Assembly (NCBI GenBank): GCA_963708075.1
Contig: OY970194.1
Coordinates: 3,072,001-3,136,000, forward strand
DNA length: 64,000 nucleotides
Source: Sedimentisphaerales bacterium
GTDB lineage: Bacteria > Planctomycetota > Phycisphaerae > Sedimentisphaerales > Anaerobacaceae
Direction: 5' to 3'
Shown piece after piece: positions 19,993-28,316 of this stretch (within the stretch, counting starts at the first letter, position 1; each line of letters starts with the position of its first letter). Position numbers and translations under genes: made by a program. Under the pieces are notes generated by a model. That model had not been told where the DNA came from and ran no database searches. It was given only the letters and a program-made list of their open reading frames with translations.

Positions 19993-22020
19993 CTATTCCT
20001 GCTCCTTCAGCTTCTGCAGGCTGGCTTTGGCCGCCTTCACGACGTTGTCTGTCGTGATTCCGAATCCCTCGTAGCAGGTCTTCCAGGGGGCGGAGGCGCC
20101 GAAGCCGCAGAGGCCGACGAACTCGCCGTACTCGCCGAGCCATTTATGCCAGCCGAAATCGGTGGCCGCCTCGATGCCCACGCGAGCCTTGACCGTCGGC
20201 GGGATCACGGAACTGCGGTATTTTTCATCCTGTTTCTCGAACAGCGTCCAGCAGGGCATGCTGACCACCTGCGACGGAATTCCCGCGGCGTCAAGCTTGT
20301 TGGCCGCTTCCATGGCGATCGCAACCTCCGAGCCGCTGGCCAGCAGGATAACCTCGGGCTTGCCCCGGCTGGTGATGACATACGCACCCCGGCTGAGGTT
20401 GACGGCCGAGGCGTATTTGTGCTGATCGAGCACGGGAATGTTCTGGCGGCTCAACAGCAGCGCCACGGGCTGGTCGCGGTTCTCCAGGATGTACTTCCAC
20501 GCCTGCGCCGTCTCGTTGGCGTCGGCCGGCCGGATCACGAGCAGGTGGGGAATCGACCGCAGTGCGGCGAAATGCTCTACCGGCTGATGGGTCGGGCCAT
20601 CTTCGCCCAGCCCGATGCTGTCGTGAGTGAAGATGAAAATTGTCGGGTATTTCGAGAGCGATGCAACGCGAATCGCGCCGCGCATGTAGTCGGAGAAGAC
20701 CAGGAACGTCCCGCCGTAAGCCCGCAGCAGGCGGGACACGGAGATGCCGTTCATGATCGCGCCCATGGCGTGCTCGCGGACGCCATAACGGATGTATCGG
20801 CCCTGCAGCGCGTTCTTCTGGAAATCGGCCGCGCCGGCAAAGCGGGTATTGTTGGATGGCGTCAGGTCGGCCGAGCCACCCAGAATCAGCGGCAGCTTGG
20901 GCATGAGAGCATCGAGCACCTTGCCGGAAGCCACGCGAGTGGCGACGGCCTGCCCCGCCTCGAACTTGGGAAGGACTTCGTCGAGGTCAATCGGCAGATT
21001 CTCCTCGGCGGCCGCCTTGAACTGCTTCGCCAGATCCGGGTGCTTCTTCGCGTACTTGGCGAAGAGCTTGTCCCACTCCTTCTCCGCCTCCTTGCCCCGC
21101 TCGACGGCCTCGCGCATGTGGGCGAGGACCTCCTCGGGGACATGGAAGTGCTTCTCGGGGTCCCAGCCAAACCGTTTCTTCATTTCCCGGATTTCCGGCT
21201 CGCCGAGCGGTGCTCCGTGAGCCTTGGCGGTGTCCTGCATGGTCGGCGCGCCGTAGGCGATGTGCGTGCGGAGTTGGATGATGGAGGGCCGGCCGATCTC
21301 GCTCTTGGCGTTGATCAGGGCCCGCTCGAACGTCTGCATATCGTTGCCGTCGCCTTCAACCTTCTGGACGTACCAGCCGTAGGCCTCGAAGCGTTTGGCC
21401 CGGTCCTCCGTGAAGGACAGTTCCGTCGGGCCGTCGATGCTGATGTGGTTGTCGTCGTAGATGACGACGAGGTTGTCCAGGCCCAGATGTCCGGCGAGCG
21501 AGCATGCCTCGGAGGACACGCCCTCTTGGAGGTCACCATCGCCGACAGTGACGTAGATCTTGTAGTCGAGGATGGGGAAGCCCTCGCGGTTGAAGTAGTT
21601 GGCGAGGTACTTCTGGGCGATGGCCATACCCACGCCGTTGGAGACGCCCTGGCCGAGCGGCCCGGTCGTGGCCTCGATGCCGAGATCAGGATGGTACTCG
21701 GGATGTCCCGGCGTCTTGCTCTGCCACTGCCGGAATTGCATGAGGTCTTCCAGCGTGAGGTTGTAGCCGGTCAGGTAGAGCAGCGAGTAGAGCAGCATGC
21801 TGCCGTGCCCGCCCGACAGGACAAAGCGGTCGCGATTGTGCCACTGAGGATTGGCCGGGCTGTATCGCAGATGTCGCGTCCAGAGGACATAGGCGGCCGG
21901 GGCCATCCCTATCGGCATGCCCGGATGCCCGGACTGCGCCTTCTCCACCGCGTCCACCGCGAGAAATCGAATCGTATTTACGCACAATTCATCAAGTTCC
22001 GACAACCCCGGATGACTCAT
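19993..22020 (-). CDS. tkt: Transketolase
   Basis: SGHPGMP.G, NRDRFVLS.GHGSMLLY, TTGPLGQG, TPP motif GDGDLQEG, YGVREHAM, THDSIGLGEDGPTHQP. Confidence 0.97.
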   Translation of the reverse strand: MSHPGLSELDELCVNTIRFLAVDAVEKAQSGHPGMPIGMAPAAYVLWTRHLRYSPANPQWHNRDRFVLSGGHGSMLLYSLLYLTGYNLTLEDLMQFRQWQSKTPGHPEYHPDLGIEATTGPLGQGVSNGVGMAIAQKYLANYFNREGFPILDYKIYVTVGDGDLQEGVSSEACSLAGHLGLDNLVVIYDDNHISIDGPTELSFTEDRAKRFEAYGWYVQKVEGDGNDMQTFERALINAKSEIGRPSIIQLRTHIAYGAPTMQDTAKAHGAPLGEPEIREMKKRFGWDPEKHFHVPEEVLAHMREAVERGKEAEKEWDKLFAKYAKKHPDLAKQFKAAAEENLPIDLDEVLPKFEAGQAVATRVASGKVLDALMPKLPLILGGSADLTPSNNTRFAGAADFQKNALQGRYIRYGVREHAMGAIMNGISVSRLLRAYGGTFLVFSDYMRGAIRVASLSKYPTIFIFTHDSIGLGEDGPTHQPVEHFAALRSIPHLLVIRPADANETAQAWKYILENRDQPVALLLSRQNIPVLDQHKYASAVNLSRGAYVITSRGKPEVILLASGSEVAIAMEAANKLDAAGIPSQVVSMPCWTLFEKQDEKYRSSVIPPTVKARVGIEAATDFGWHKWLGEYGEFVGLCGFGASAPWKTCYEGFGITTDNVVKAAKASLQKLKEQE

Positions 22021-22138
22021 CGGTCTTTCCTATTCACAGCCGTTATCATTCACCTGTCCGTCACGAAAACAAGTGTCACAGCATACCAGCCCCGCCCCCC
22101 GTTGGCAACCCCCCTTTGCCGGAGCGGCAAATCCTTGT

Positions 22139-22165
22139 GAACTTCTTGCGTTCGGGCGCATCTGT
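22139..22165 (+). promoter_or_regulatory. ECF (sigmaE-like) promoter, probably autoregulatory
   Basis: GAACTT-N16-TCTGT, 20 bp upstream of an ECF sigma gene. Confidence 0.55.
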
Positions 22166-22185
22166 CTGTACGACAGGACGAAGAT

Positions 22186-22725
22186 ATGATGAAACCGGAT
22201 GCGAAACTCGCCGAACACGTGCTCATCACCCGCTGCCAGCTTCGCGACAGGCAGGCCCTGGCGGAGCTGATCGAGCGGTATGAGCGGCCGGTCCGCTACT
22301 TCATACGCCGGCTGGTGGACAATGCGGACCTGGCGGATGAGTTGTTTCAGGACACATGGTTGACGGTCATTGCCAAGATCCACACGCTGGGCAATCCCGA
22401 GCGATTCACCGTGTGGCTCTATCGAATCGCCCGAAACCGGGTGTATCAGGAGTTTCGGCGAAGGAAGCAAGTTGTGGAGCTCGACGACTCGATGGAGGCC
22501 CCGGACAATCCCGAAGAGGAGATTCTGTCCTTCGAGGATGTCGCCAGGCTCCATCAGTGTCTGGGCGAGCTCAAGCCGTTCCAAAAGGAAGTCCTGGTGC
22601 TTCGATTCATCGAATCGATGTCCTACGAAGAAATTGCCGAAGTCCTGGACTGCAATGTCGGGACCGTTCGGTCTCGAATTCACCACGCAAAACAAGCCAT
22701 CAGAGAGAAACTGGAGAAACCATGA
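22186..22725 (+). CDS. ECF-type RNA polymerase sigma-70 factor
   Basis: Region 2 (ADELFQDTWL..I...F..WLYRIARN) and region 4 (VLVLRF...MSYEEIAEVL....GTVRSRIH.A). Confidence 0.92.
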   Translation: MMKPDAKLAEHVLITRCQLRDRQALAELIERYERPVRYFIRRLVDNADLADELFQDTWLTVIAKIHTLGNPERFTVWLYRIARNRVYQEFRRRKQVVELDDSMEAPDNPEEEILSFEDVARLHQCLGELKPFQKEVLVLRFIESMSYEEIAEVLDCNVGTVRSRIHHAKQAIREKLEKP

Positions 22726-23132
22726 TGACCGCTGAAACGAATATCAGAGATGAACTGCTCAAGCAGAACGGCGAGGGTGCGCAGAAGATGCAGGAACTTC
22801 GGGACAAGATCCTGGCCCGAGACGAGGCGAGGGTCCTAAGGTTGAAGAAGCTGACAATTTTCACCTGGGCGCTGGTTGTCGCGGGTCTGGTGGGAGCTCT
22901 TGTCATCCGGCCCATGTTGCCAAATGGCGGACACCCTGACTCCCAAGCGGCGTCGTACATGTATCAATATTTCTCAGGGATCTTCATCGGGGTCATGTGG
23001 GGTCTGACCACGATCGCGGCGTTCTTCACGATCTCGCTCTACATCCGGTCGAGGTCTCTGACCATGCGTCAGATTCAAGCCCGGCTGACCGGGATTGAGG
23101 AGCAACTCAGGAGATTGTCGGAAAAGGAGTGA
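22722..23132 (+). CDS. Two-TM membrane protein, putative anti-sigma factor
   Basis: ATGA overlap with the sigma stop codon; two hydrophobic helices flanked by coiled-coil-like segments. Confidence 0.7.
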   Translation: MMTAETNIRDELLKQNGEGAQKMQELRDKILARDEARVLRLKKLTIFTWALVVAGLVGALVIRPMLPNGGHPDSQAASYMYQYFSGIFIGVMWGLTTIAAFFTISLYIRSRSLTMRQIQARLTGIEEQLRRLSEKE

Positions 23133-23538
23133 ATCAACGAACCTGATGAAAACGTCGGCCGGTCCAGGTCATCCCTCGGCGAAGCATCCGTGCACTGCGT
23201 GCGATGACCTGGAACCTGCCGATCTTATCGCTTCTCCCGCTCCAGTGCCGAACACCCATCCACGGGCCCCCAACCACTGGCTCCCATCTTCATGCCTGTA
23301 CGATAGACTGGACCGGGCCGGGGTACGTTCACCCAGAAACGAGAGACCTGCGAGTGAGAGTAAGGAGAGATATGATGCTGGGTTTGTCGAACGAAGTCCC
23401 CGGCGTACGGCCCAATCGTTTGTCAAAGAAATCCGGCAGTCTTACAAACCACCGGCAATCGTACTCACAAGCACGTAGTAATTACTCTTAGTGCCAAAGG
23501 CGTGTTCTGAGAATTCTGTGGTGAAATACGGAAATTGA

Positions 23539-24447
23539 TTATGTGGACTCGATGATGTCCGGTCCGAGCGGGTGATGGGGTGGCTTGGTTTCGGGGCTCT
23601 GTGTGCCATCAGGCTCGGCGGCAAGCCCCGGCGACGCCTCTGCTTGCGGGCTCGCGTTCACGGCAGGAGGCTCATCCCGCAGACGCAGTTCTTCCAGGAT
23701 TTCGCTTGCCAGAGCCCTGTAGTCGGCGGTCCCGCGGCTGCGAGGTGCATAGGTCAGGACCGGCTTCCCAGCCCCGGGAGCCTCGGCCACGCTGGTATTC
23801 CTGTGAATCACCGTGTTCAAAACAAGTTGGCCGAACGCTTCCCGCACCTGCTCCTGCACCCGCTGACCGAAGGCGCCTCGATCATCCACGAACGTGAACA
23901 GCAGGTGAATATGCTCCGCGGCATGTGATTGCAGACGCTCCCGGATGATCCGTATGCTCTCCAGCACCCGCTTGAGCCCTTCTACGTTGCAGGAGTGCAC
24001 CTGGACCGGAATGATGATATCCATGCTGGCCATCAAGGCATTCAGCGTCAGCACGCCCAGCGACGGCGGGCAATCGATCACGCACAGGTCATACACGTCG
24101 CGAACACTGCGAAGGCATCGAGTGAGCAGCAGTTCCTTGCCGGGCGCATCCGCCAGTTGCACTTCGACATTGCCCAGCAGCATGTTGCACGGGGCCAGAT
24201 CCAAGCGGGCTATCCCGGTCTGCACAATCGCATCACGCACAAAGCCATCGGGCTGTATGAGAACGTCGTAGATGGTCCTATCGAGGGAATCCGGATCATA
24301 GCCCAATCCAAGGGCCACATGGGCTTGCGGATCGAGGTCGATCAGAAGGACCCTTTTGCCCAGCTCCGCAAACGCGGCCGCGGTATTGACGGCCGTCGTG
24401 GTCTTGCCGCATCCGCCCTTCTGATTGATGATCGAAATCGTTCTCAT
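23539..24447 (-). CDS. ParA/Soj family ATPase (orphan)
   Basis: NQKGGCGKTT deviant Walker A, LLIDLDPQ, IDCPPSLG.LT.NAL, AEAP..GKP; no adjacent parB. Confidence 0.9.
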   Translation of the reverse strand: MRTISIINQKGGCGKTTTAVNTAAAFAELGKRVLLIDLDPQAHVALGLGYDPDSLDRTIYDVLIQPDGFVRDAIVQTGIARLDLAPCNMLLGNVEVQLADAPGKELLLTRCLRSVRDVYDLCVIDCPPSLGVLTLNALMASMDIIIPVQVHSCNVEGLKRVLESIRIIRERLQSHAAEHIHLLFTFVDDRGAFGQRVQEQVREAFGQLVLNTVIHRNTSVAEAPGAGKPVLTYAPRSRGTADYRALASEILEELRLRDEPPAVNASPQAEASPGLAAEPDGTQSPETKPPHHPLGPDIIEST

Positions 24448-24581
24448 GATATAATCCATTCCCCACAGCACAGACTGCATCCACGTGACCGTCTGCGCTG
24501 TGATCGGCATACTCTCTATTTCGACTCACCGAGAGAGTCAATTTACGTCAATGAGTGGAGTCCTGCAAAACTCCACAAATA

Positions 24582-24609
24582 GAAAGACCGGCCACTTGTG
24601 GGCCGGTCT
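24582..24609 (-). terminator. Rho-independent terminator of the sigma/anti-sigma/PDZ operon
   Basis: Minus strand AGACCGGCC-7 nt-GGCCGGTCT-TTC. Confidence 0.65.
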
Positions 24610-24648
24610 CGGAAGTGAACACGTAAAATGCCGTGGGTGACAGCGATT

Positions 24649-25647
24649 TTACACGGAGGGTTTCTCTTTTTGACTGGGAGACGACACGGACGGCGAGGTC
24701 TTATCGGACTTCGGCTCCGCATCGCCTTTTCGGTTCAGAAGCTTCTCTTCAAGCAGCCTCATGCGTTGCTGGAGCTGCTCCATCTCCTCCCGCAGTCTCT
24801 CAATGGTGCGATCTTTCTCTTCGGACAGGCGTTGCACGTCGATCTGAGGCAGCTTGCGGATGAGGTCGTTGTACACCTGTGGCTGGGGCATCTCGGGCAG
24901 TTGGAACCTGCGGGTGAAGCGGAAATCCGTCTTCGCACTCTCCACAGCCTGCTTGGCCGGCCCTTGATACTCCTCGGGCAGCTTGTCCATCTGGCCCACT
25001 GTGGCGCTATGTTCCACGCCCCCAGCCTGCACTGTTACCTTCGTATCTTCCTCGCTCGGACTGCCCTCGATCGTGACCGTGCAGTCCTCGCCATCCACCG
25101 TAAACTTATAGGTGTATTTCGTCGTGAAGTACTGCCGTATGTCAAAATTGCCAAAGTCAGGGAGCTGGTCCAGGGAAATCTGGAATTGCTTGCCGTCCGG
25201 CCCGATCTTGAAGATTCTGCCCGGCCGGCTGACAAACCCAACCTCCGGCTCCTGCGGATATTTCCATTCCATCTTGCCCAGGGGCTCCAGTTGGAATTCC
25301 ACGGTCTTTCGCTGACCCAGATGAATCAGTTCGAGCGACACCTTTGCCCCCACGCCCGCCTTCTGCATGGCCGCGATGAACTCGTTCGGGTCGGTCACCT
25401 TCTTGCCTTGAAATGCGACGAGAATATCATCGCGATCCAGCCCGATTCTCTCGGCCGTAGAGCCGGCACTGATGTTGACGACCCGCAATCCCTCCCCGGG
25501 CTCCAGTCTCAGGTGCTTCGTCAGCAGCTCCGGCAGAGGCGATTCGTCCAGAAGGACGCCGAGGAAGGGCTGCTTGTCCTGGGCATAAGATCCCGACGCC
25601 AGGATCAACGCAGCCGCACAACCCAGTAGAATCATCTGCTTACGCAT
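24649..25647 (-). CDS. Secreted PDZ-domain protein without a protease domain, with a C-terminal coiled coil
   Basis: Signal peptide; PFLGV.L...GLRV.NI..GSTAERIGL..DDILVAFQG; C-terminal LREEMEQLQQRMRLLEEKL. Confidence 0.8.
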   Translation of the reverse strand: MRKQMILLGCAAALILASGSYAQDKQPFLGVLLDESPLPELLTKHLRLEPGEGLRVVNISAGSTAERIGLDRDDILVAFQGKKVTDPNEFIAAMQKAGVGAKVSLELIHLGQRKTVEFQLEPLGKMEWKYPQEPEVGFVSRPGRIFKIGPDGKQFQISLDQLPDFGNFDIRQYFTTKYTYKFTVDGEDCTVTIEGSPSEEDTKVTVQAGGVEHSATVGQMDKLPEEYQGPAKQAVESAKTDFRFTRRFQLPEMPQPQVYNDLIRKLPQIDVQRLSEEKDRTIERLREEMEQLQQRMRLLEEKLLNRKGDAEPKSDKTSPSVSSPSQKEKPSV

Positions 25648-25671
25648 TACCTGTCTCCATTTCACGGATTC

Positions 25672-26254
25672 CTACATTGGACGCGGTCTGCCGCGATAAT
25701 CGGCGGTCTTCACCAGTCCCTCGCGGACCCCCTCAACCAGCCATTGCTCACCGCTGGGACTGGTGAAAACATACCAATCCACTTCCCCCGAGAACCGAAC
25801 GCAGCCCCCCCTGCTTCACCGGCACGACGGCCGGCGCAGTTGCCACGCCCGCAAGATCCTTGGCGACCACGGCGGTCTCAGGTCCCTGCATCGGGGCTTT
25901 GGAATCCCCCCAGACAGCCACAAAATGAAGGGCCAGACCAAGAATCAATCCGGCGGCCAGACCAACCGCAAATCGCATGCGGCCGTCGATCCGGAGAATC
26001 CGCCGGTAAGTGGACCTTGTATGCTGCTGCCAGGCCCGCTCGAAAATCTGGTCTGCAGAGGCCCCCCCAGAAACCTCTGCAGCCACTGCCTGATAGCTCT
26101 GTTGACGAAGACTGCGCAACTGCTCCAGCAACTCCCTTGCCTGGCTGTTGGCATCGAGTTCTCGTTCCAGGATCTTCCGCTCGGCCGGCGAGATCTCGCC
26201 ATCGACGAGCTTGCCGATCAGTATTTCCAGCCAATCATTGGTCTCATTCATCAT
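25672..26254 (-). CDS. Putative single-TM anti-sigma factor (apparent frameshift near 25785-25796)
   Basis: N-terminal LI.KLVDGEISPAER..LE..L anti-sigma-like helix bundle and one TM helix. The C-terminus EVDWYVFTSPSGEQWLVEGVRE...PM* is in a shifted frame. Overlaps the sigma gene stop. Confidence 0.7.
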
Positions 26255-26828
26255 TCAAGCACCTGCTATCGGTCTTGCCTATCACCTGATTCTGCACCAT
26301 TCGTCTGGCCCGCACGAGGCGGATCTGCATGGTCGTCATCGGCACCTCCAGCACCTCGGCCATCTCGGCGTAGGTCAGCTCGCCCGTGTGCGCCAGCACG
26401 AATACTTCGCGATACTTCTCGGGCAAGGTCCTGACCGCATCGAGAATCCGGCCGCATAACTCGCTCTTCTCGACCTCGTCCAGAGGGTCCCGAACATATC
26501 CATCCAGCTTGAGCGAAATCATGCTTTGATCCACCTGCATATTCCTGGGCGTCCGTCGCCGGTAGTGCTTCAGGACCTCCCGGCGGGCCACCGCAGCCAG
26601 CCAGGCCCGAAACCGCTCCGGCTCACGCAGCGTGTGAATCCGCGTAATCACGCGAAGGCACACCTCCTGAAGCACGTCATCGAGGTCCTGTGCATCGGCC
26701 AGCACGCTGTATACCAGGCCCTTGAGCCAGCCCCAGTTGCGCTTCAGGAGCAACTGCAGGGCTTCTTTGTCGCCCCTTTGGGCCGCACAGGCCAGTGCCG
26801 ATTCGTTTTGAGCCGTTACTTCCATCAA
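26244..26828 (-). CDS. ECF-type RNA polymerase sigma-70 factor
   Basis: AQRGD..AL..L, DDVLQEV.LR, FRAWL..VAR, LPEKYREVFVL....LTYAEMAEVL..P..T...RL.RAR. Confidence 0.92.
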   Translation of the reverse strand: MMEVTAQNESALACAAQRGDKEALQLLLKRNWGWLKGLVYSVLADAQDLDDVLQEVCLRVITRIHTLREPERFRAWLAAVARREVLKHYRRRTPRNMQVDQSMISLKLDGYVRDPLDEVEKSELCGRILDAVRTLPEKYREVFVLAHTGELTYAEMAEVLEVPMTTMQIRLVRARRMVQNQVIGKTDSRCLNDE

Positions 26829-27033
26829 TGGCCTCTTTACAGATATAGATGCCGGGGAGAAACCCTCTCATACATCTTTCCCGACATTTTTTTAACGGGG
26901 GACCATGACTGGTCGCACAATTGCATTATCGGCCGAAGAGCCCGGCCCGATTACCCGTGAATTGACGCCAGACCCGTAAACAGGGCCATGTCCCCGCTCG
27001 CGCAGGCACGCCTTAGCCGGGTGCCCGCCCAAA

Positions 27034-27514
27034 TTGGCTTTGTTTCGCACGCCGGGTCGGCTACCATGTAGCCCAGCCGCCCTCGGCTGGGATCACCCCC
27101 GGGGGCGGGGGTGCTACTTGCCACTTCACACTTCAGACTTGAAAACCTCCTCCTCCAAATTGGCTTTGTTTCGCATCATCGCACAATCAACCACAACCCC
27201 TTTTCTGCAAATGACTTAGCATTAAGGCATCCGGTCAACATTGGCTTTGTTTCGCAAAGTCATCCACGCGATCTCCTCCGGCCTACGGCCTTCTCCCAGC
27301 AGATTGGCTTTGTTTCGCACACCCGCACTTGCCACCGAAGGTGTGTCGCAGCGCTCTTCTGCTCTTCACTCCGCACTCCGCAATCCCCAATCCGCAATCG
27401 CCGCCCACGGGCCCCGGAATTGGCTTTGTTTCGCACACCCGGACCTTCCACGCAGCCTGTCGTATTCGCCTTCCCCAAATGCCCCATCGCTCCCAAGTTT
27501 GGCTTTGTTTCGCA
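27034..27514 (+). repeat. Array of six exact 16-bp direct repeats TTGGCTTTGTTTCGCA with unique variable-length spacers
   Basis: Copies start at 27034, 27160, 27241, 27304, 27420 and 27499; spacers are 110, 65, 47, 100 and 63 bp. Confidence 0.92.
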
Positions 27515-27851
27515 CAAAACATCGTGGCGAGGCCACAGGGCCGAGCGACGAGGGAACACCTCCCCGGCCCCACCCTCCGTGGAGAACCTACGTCATCGCG
27601 GGCAAAAAGGTGAGATTTCCTTCCCTCCTCTTGTACGAGCATCTACCTTCAGTCACGAAACTCGCCTACTGGAAACGGCAATAGCTGGCCTGCACCTGAT
27701 CGCATAAGTCTTTATTTGTCAACTATTAACCCTTGTGGCGCAAGGACTTACGAGCACCCTGTTTGGACCAAAAATCCGTGTGTCGCTGGTTCAGGTCCAC
27801 GTGTATCGCTGATGCGCCCGCAAGAAAACTCGGCCAGATTGGTTTTTATTG

Positions 27852-27897
27852 TTGACTCCTACGACAACATGTCGTATATCAACGACAAGCTATCGTA
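27852..27897 (+). promoter_or_regulatory. Sigma70 promoter overlapped by tandem BlaI-type operators
   Basis: TTGACT-N17-TATATC; perfect palindrome TACGACA-ACA-TGTCGTA (27860-27876) and imperfect copy AACGACA-AGC-TATCGTA (27881-27897). Confidence 0.8.
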
Positions 27898-27926
27898 GGT
27901 CAACGTGAATACTGAGGACCAGGCAA

Positions 27927-28316
27927 GTGAAATCACAACCACTGGCTAATGCGGAACTGGCTGTCATGGAGTTGCTGTGGCAGAACGATCACCTGACGGC
28001 CCGCGACATACGCGAGCGACTCTACCATGATGCGACCAAGGCCCAGCATGGAACCGTTCAGAGACTGCTGCAGCGTCTGGAAGACAAAGGCTATGTCAGG
28101 CGCGACCGCAGCCTGTTCGTCCATCTGTTCTCGGCTGCGGTCTCCCGCCAAGCCTATGCGGGACAACAACTGGAGTCCCTCGCAGACAAGCTCACCGCGG
28201 GATCCTTCGCACCGCTGATCACGCATCTTATCGAGCACAAGAAGATCTCCTGGCGCGAGATCGACAAGATCAAGGCCCTCCTGGATGGGAAGGAAGTCGA
28301 GGCGGACCCAAAATGA
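27927..28316 (+). CDS. BlaI/MecI/CopY family transcriptional repressor
   Basis: L..AELAVMELLW....TARDIRE...TVQ.LL.RLEDKGYV.R; overlaps the downstream M56 gene. Confidence 0.92.
   Translation: MKSQPLANAELAVMELLWQNDHLTARDIRERLYHDATKAQHGTVQRLLQRLEDKGYVRRDRSLFVHLFSAAVSRQAYAGQQLESLADKLTAGSFAPLITHLIEHKKISWREIDKIKALLDGKEVEADPK

Noticed and set aside
19870..22140. Long antisense ORFs (756 aa opposite tkt, 744 aa opposite mfd, and others opposite the LamG genes)
   Set aside because: These are shadow ORFs expected from GC-rich codon bias, with no recognisable motifs.
23133..23538. Short ORFs between the membrane protein and parA, including a 39-codon ORF after AAGGAG at 23371
   Set aside because: Codon usage is atypical and there are no motifs, so support is insufficient.
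27034..27514. Calling the repeat array a CRISPR
   Set aside because: The repeat is only 16 bp and non-palindromic, spacers vary from 47 to 110 bp, and no cas genes are visible.
27034..27707. ORFs over the array (LALFR/IGFVS/CETKP peptides)
   Set aside because: They are translations of the repeat in different frames, with no consistent frame, RBS or coding-like composition.
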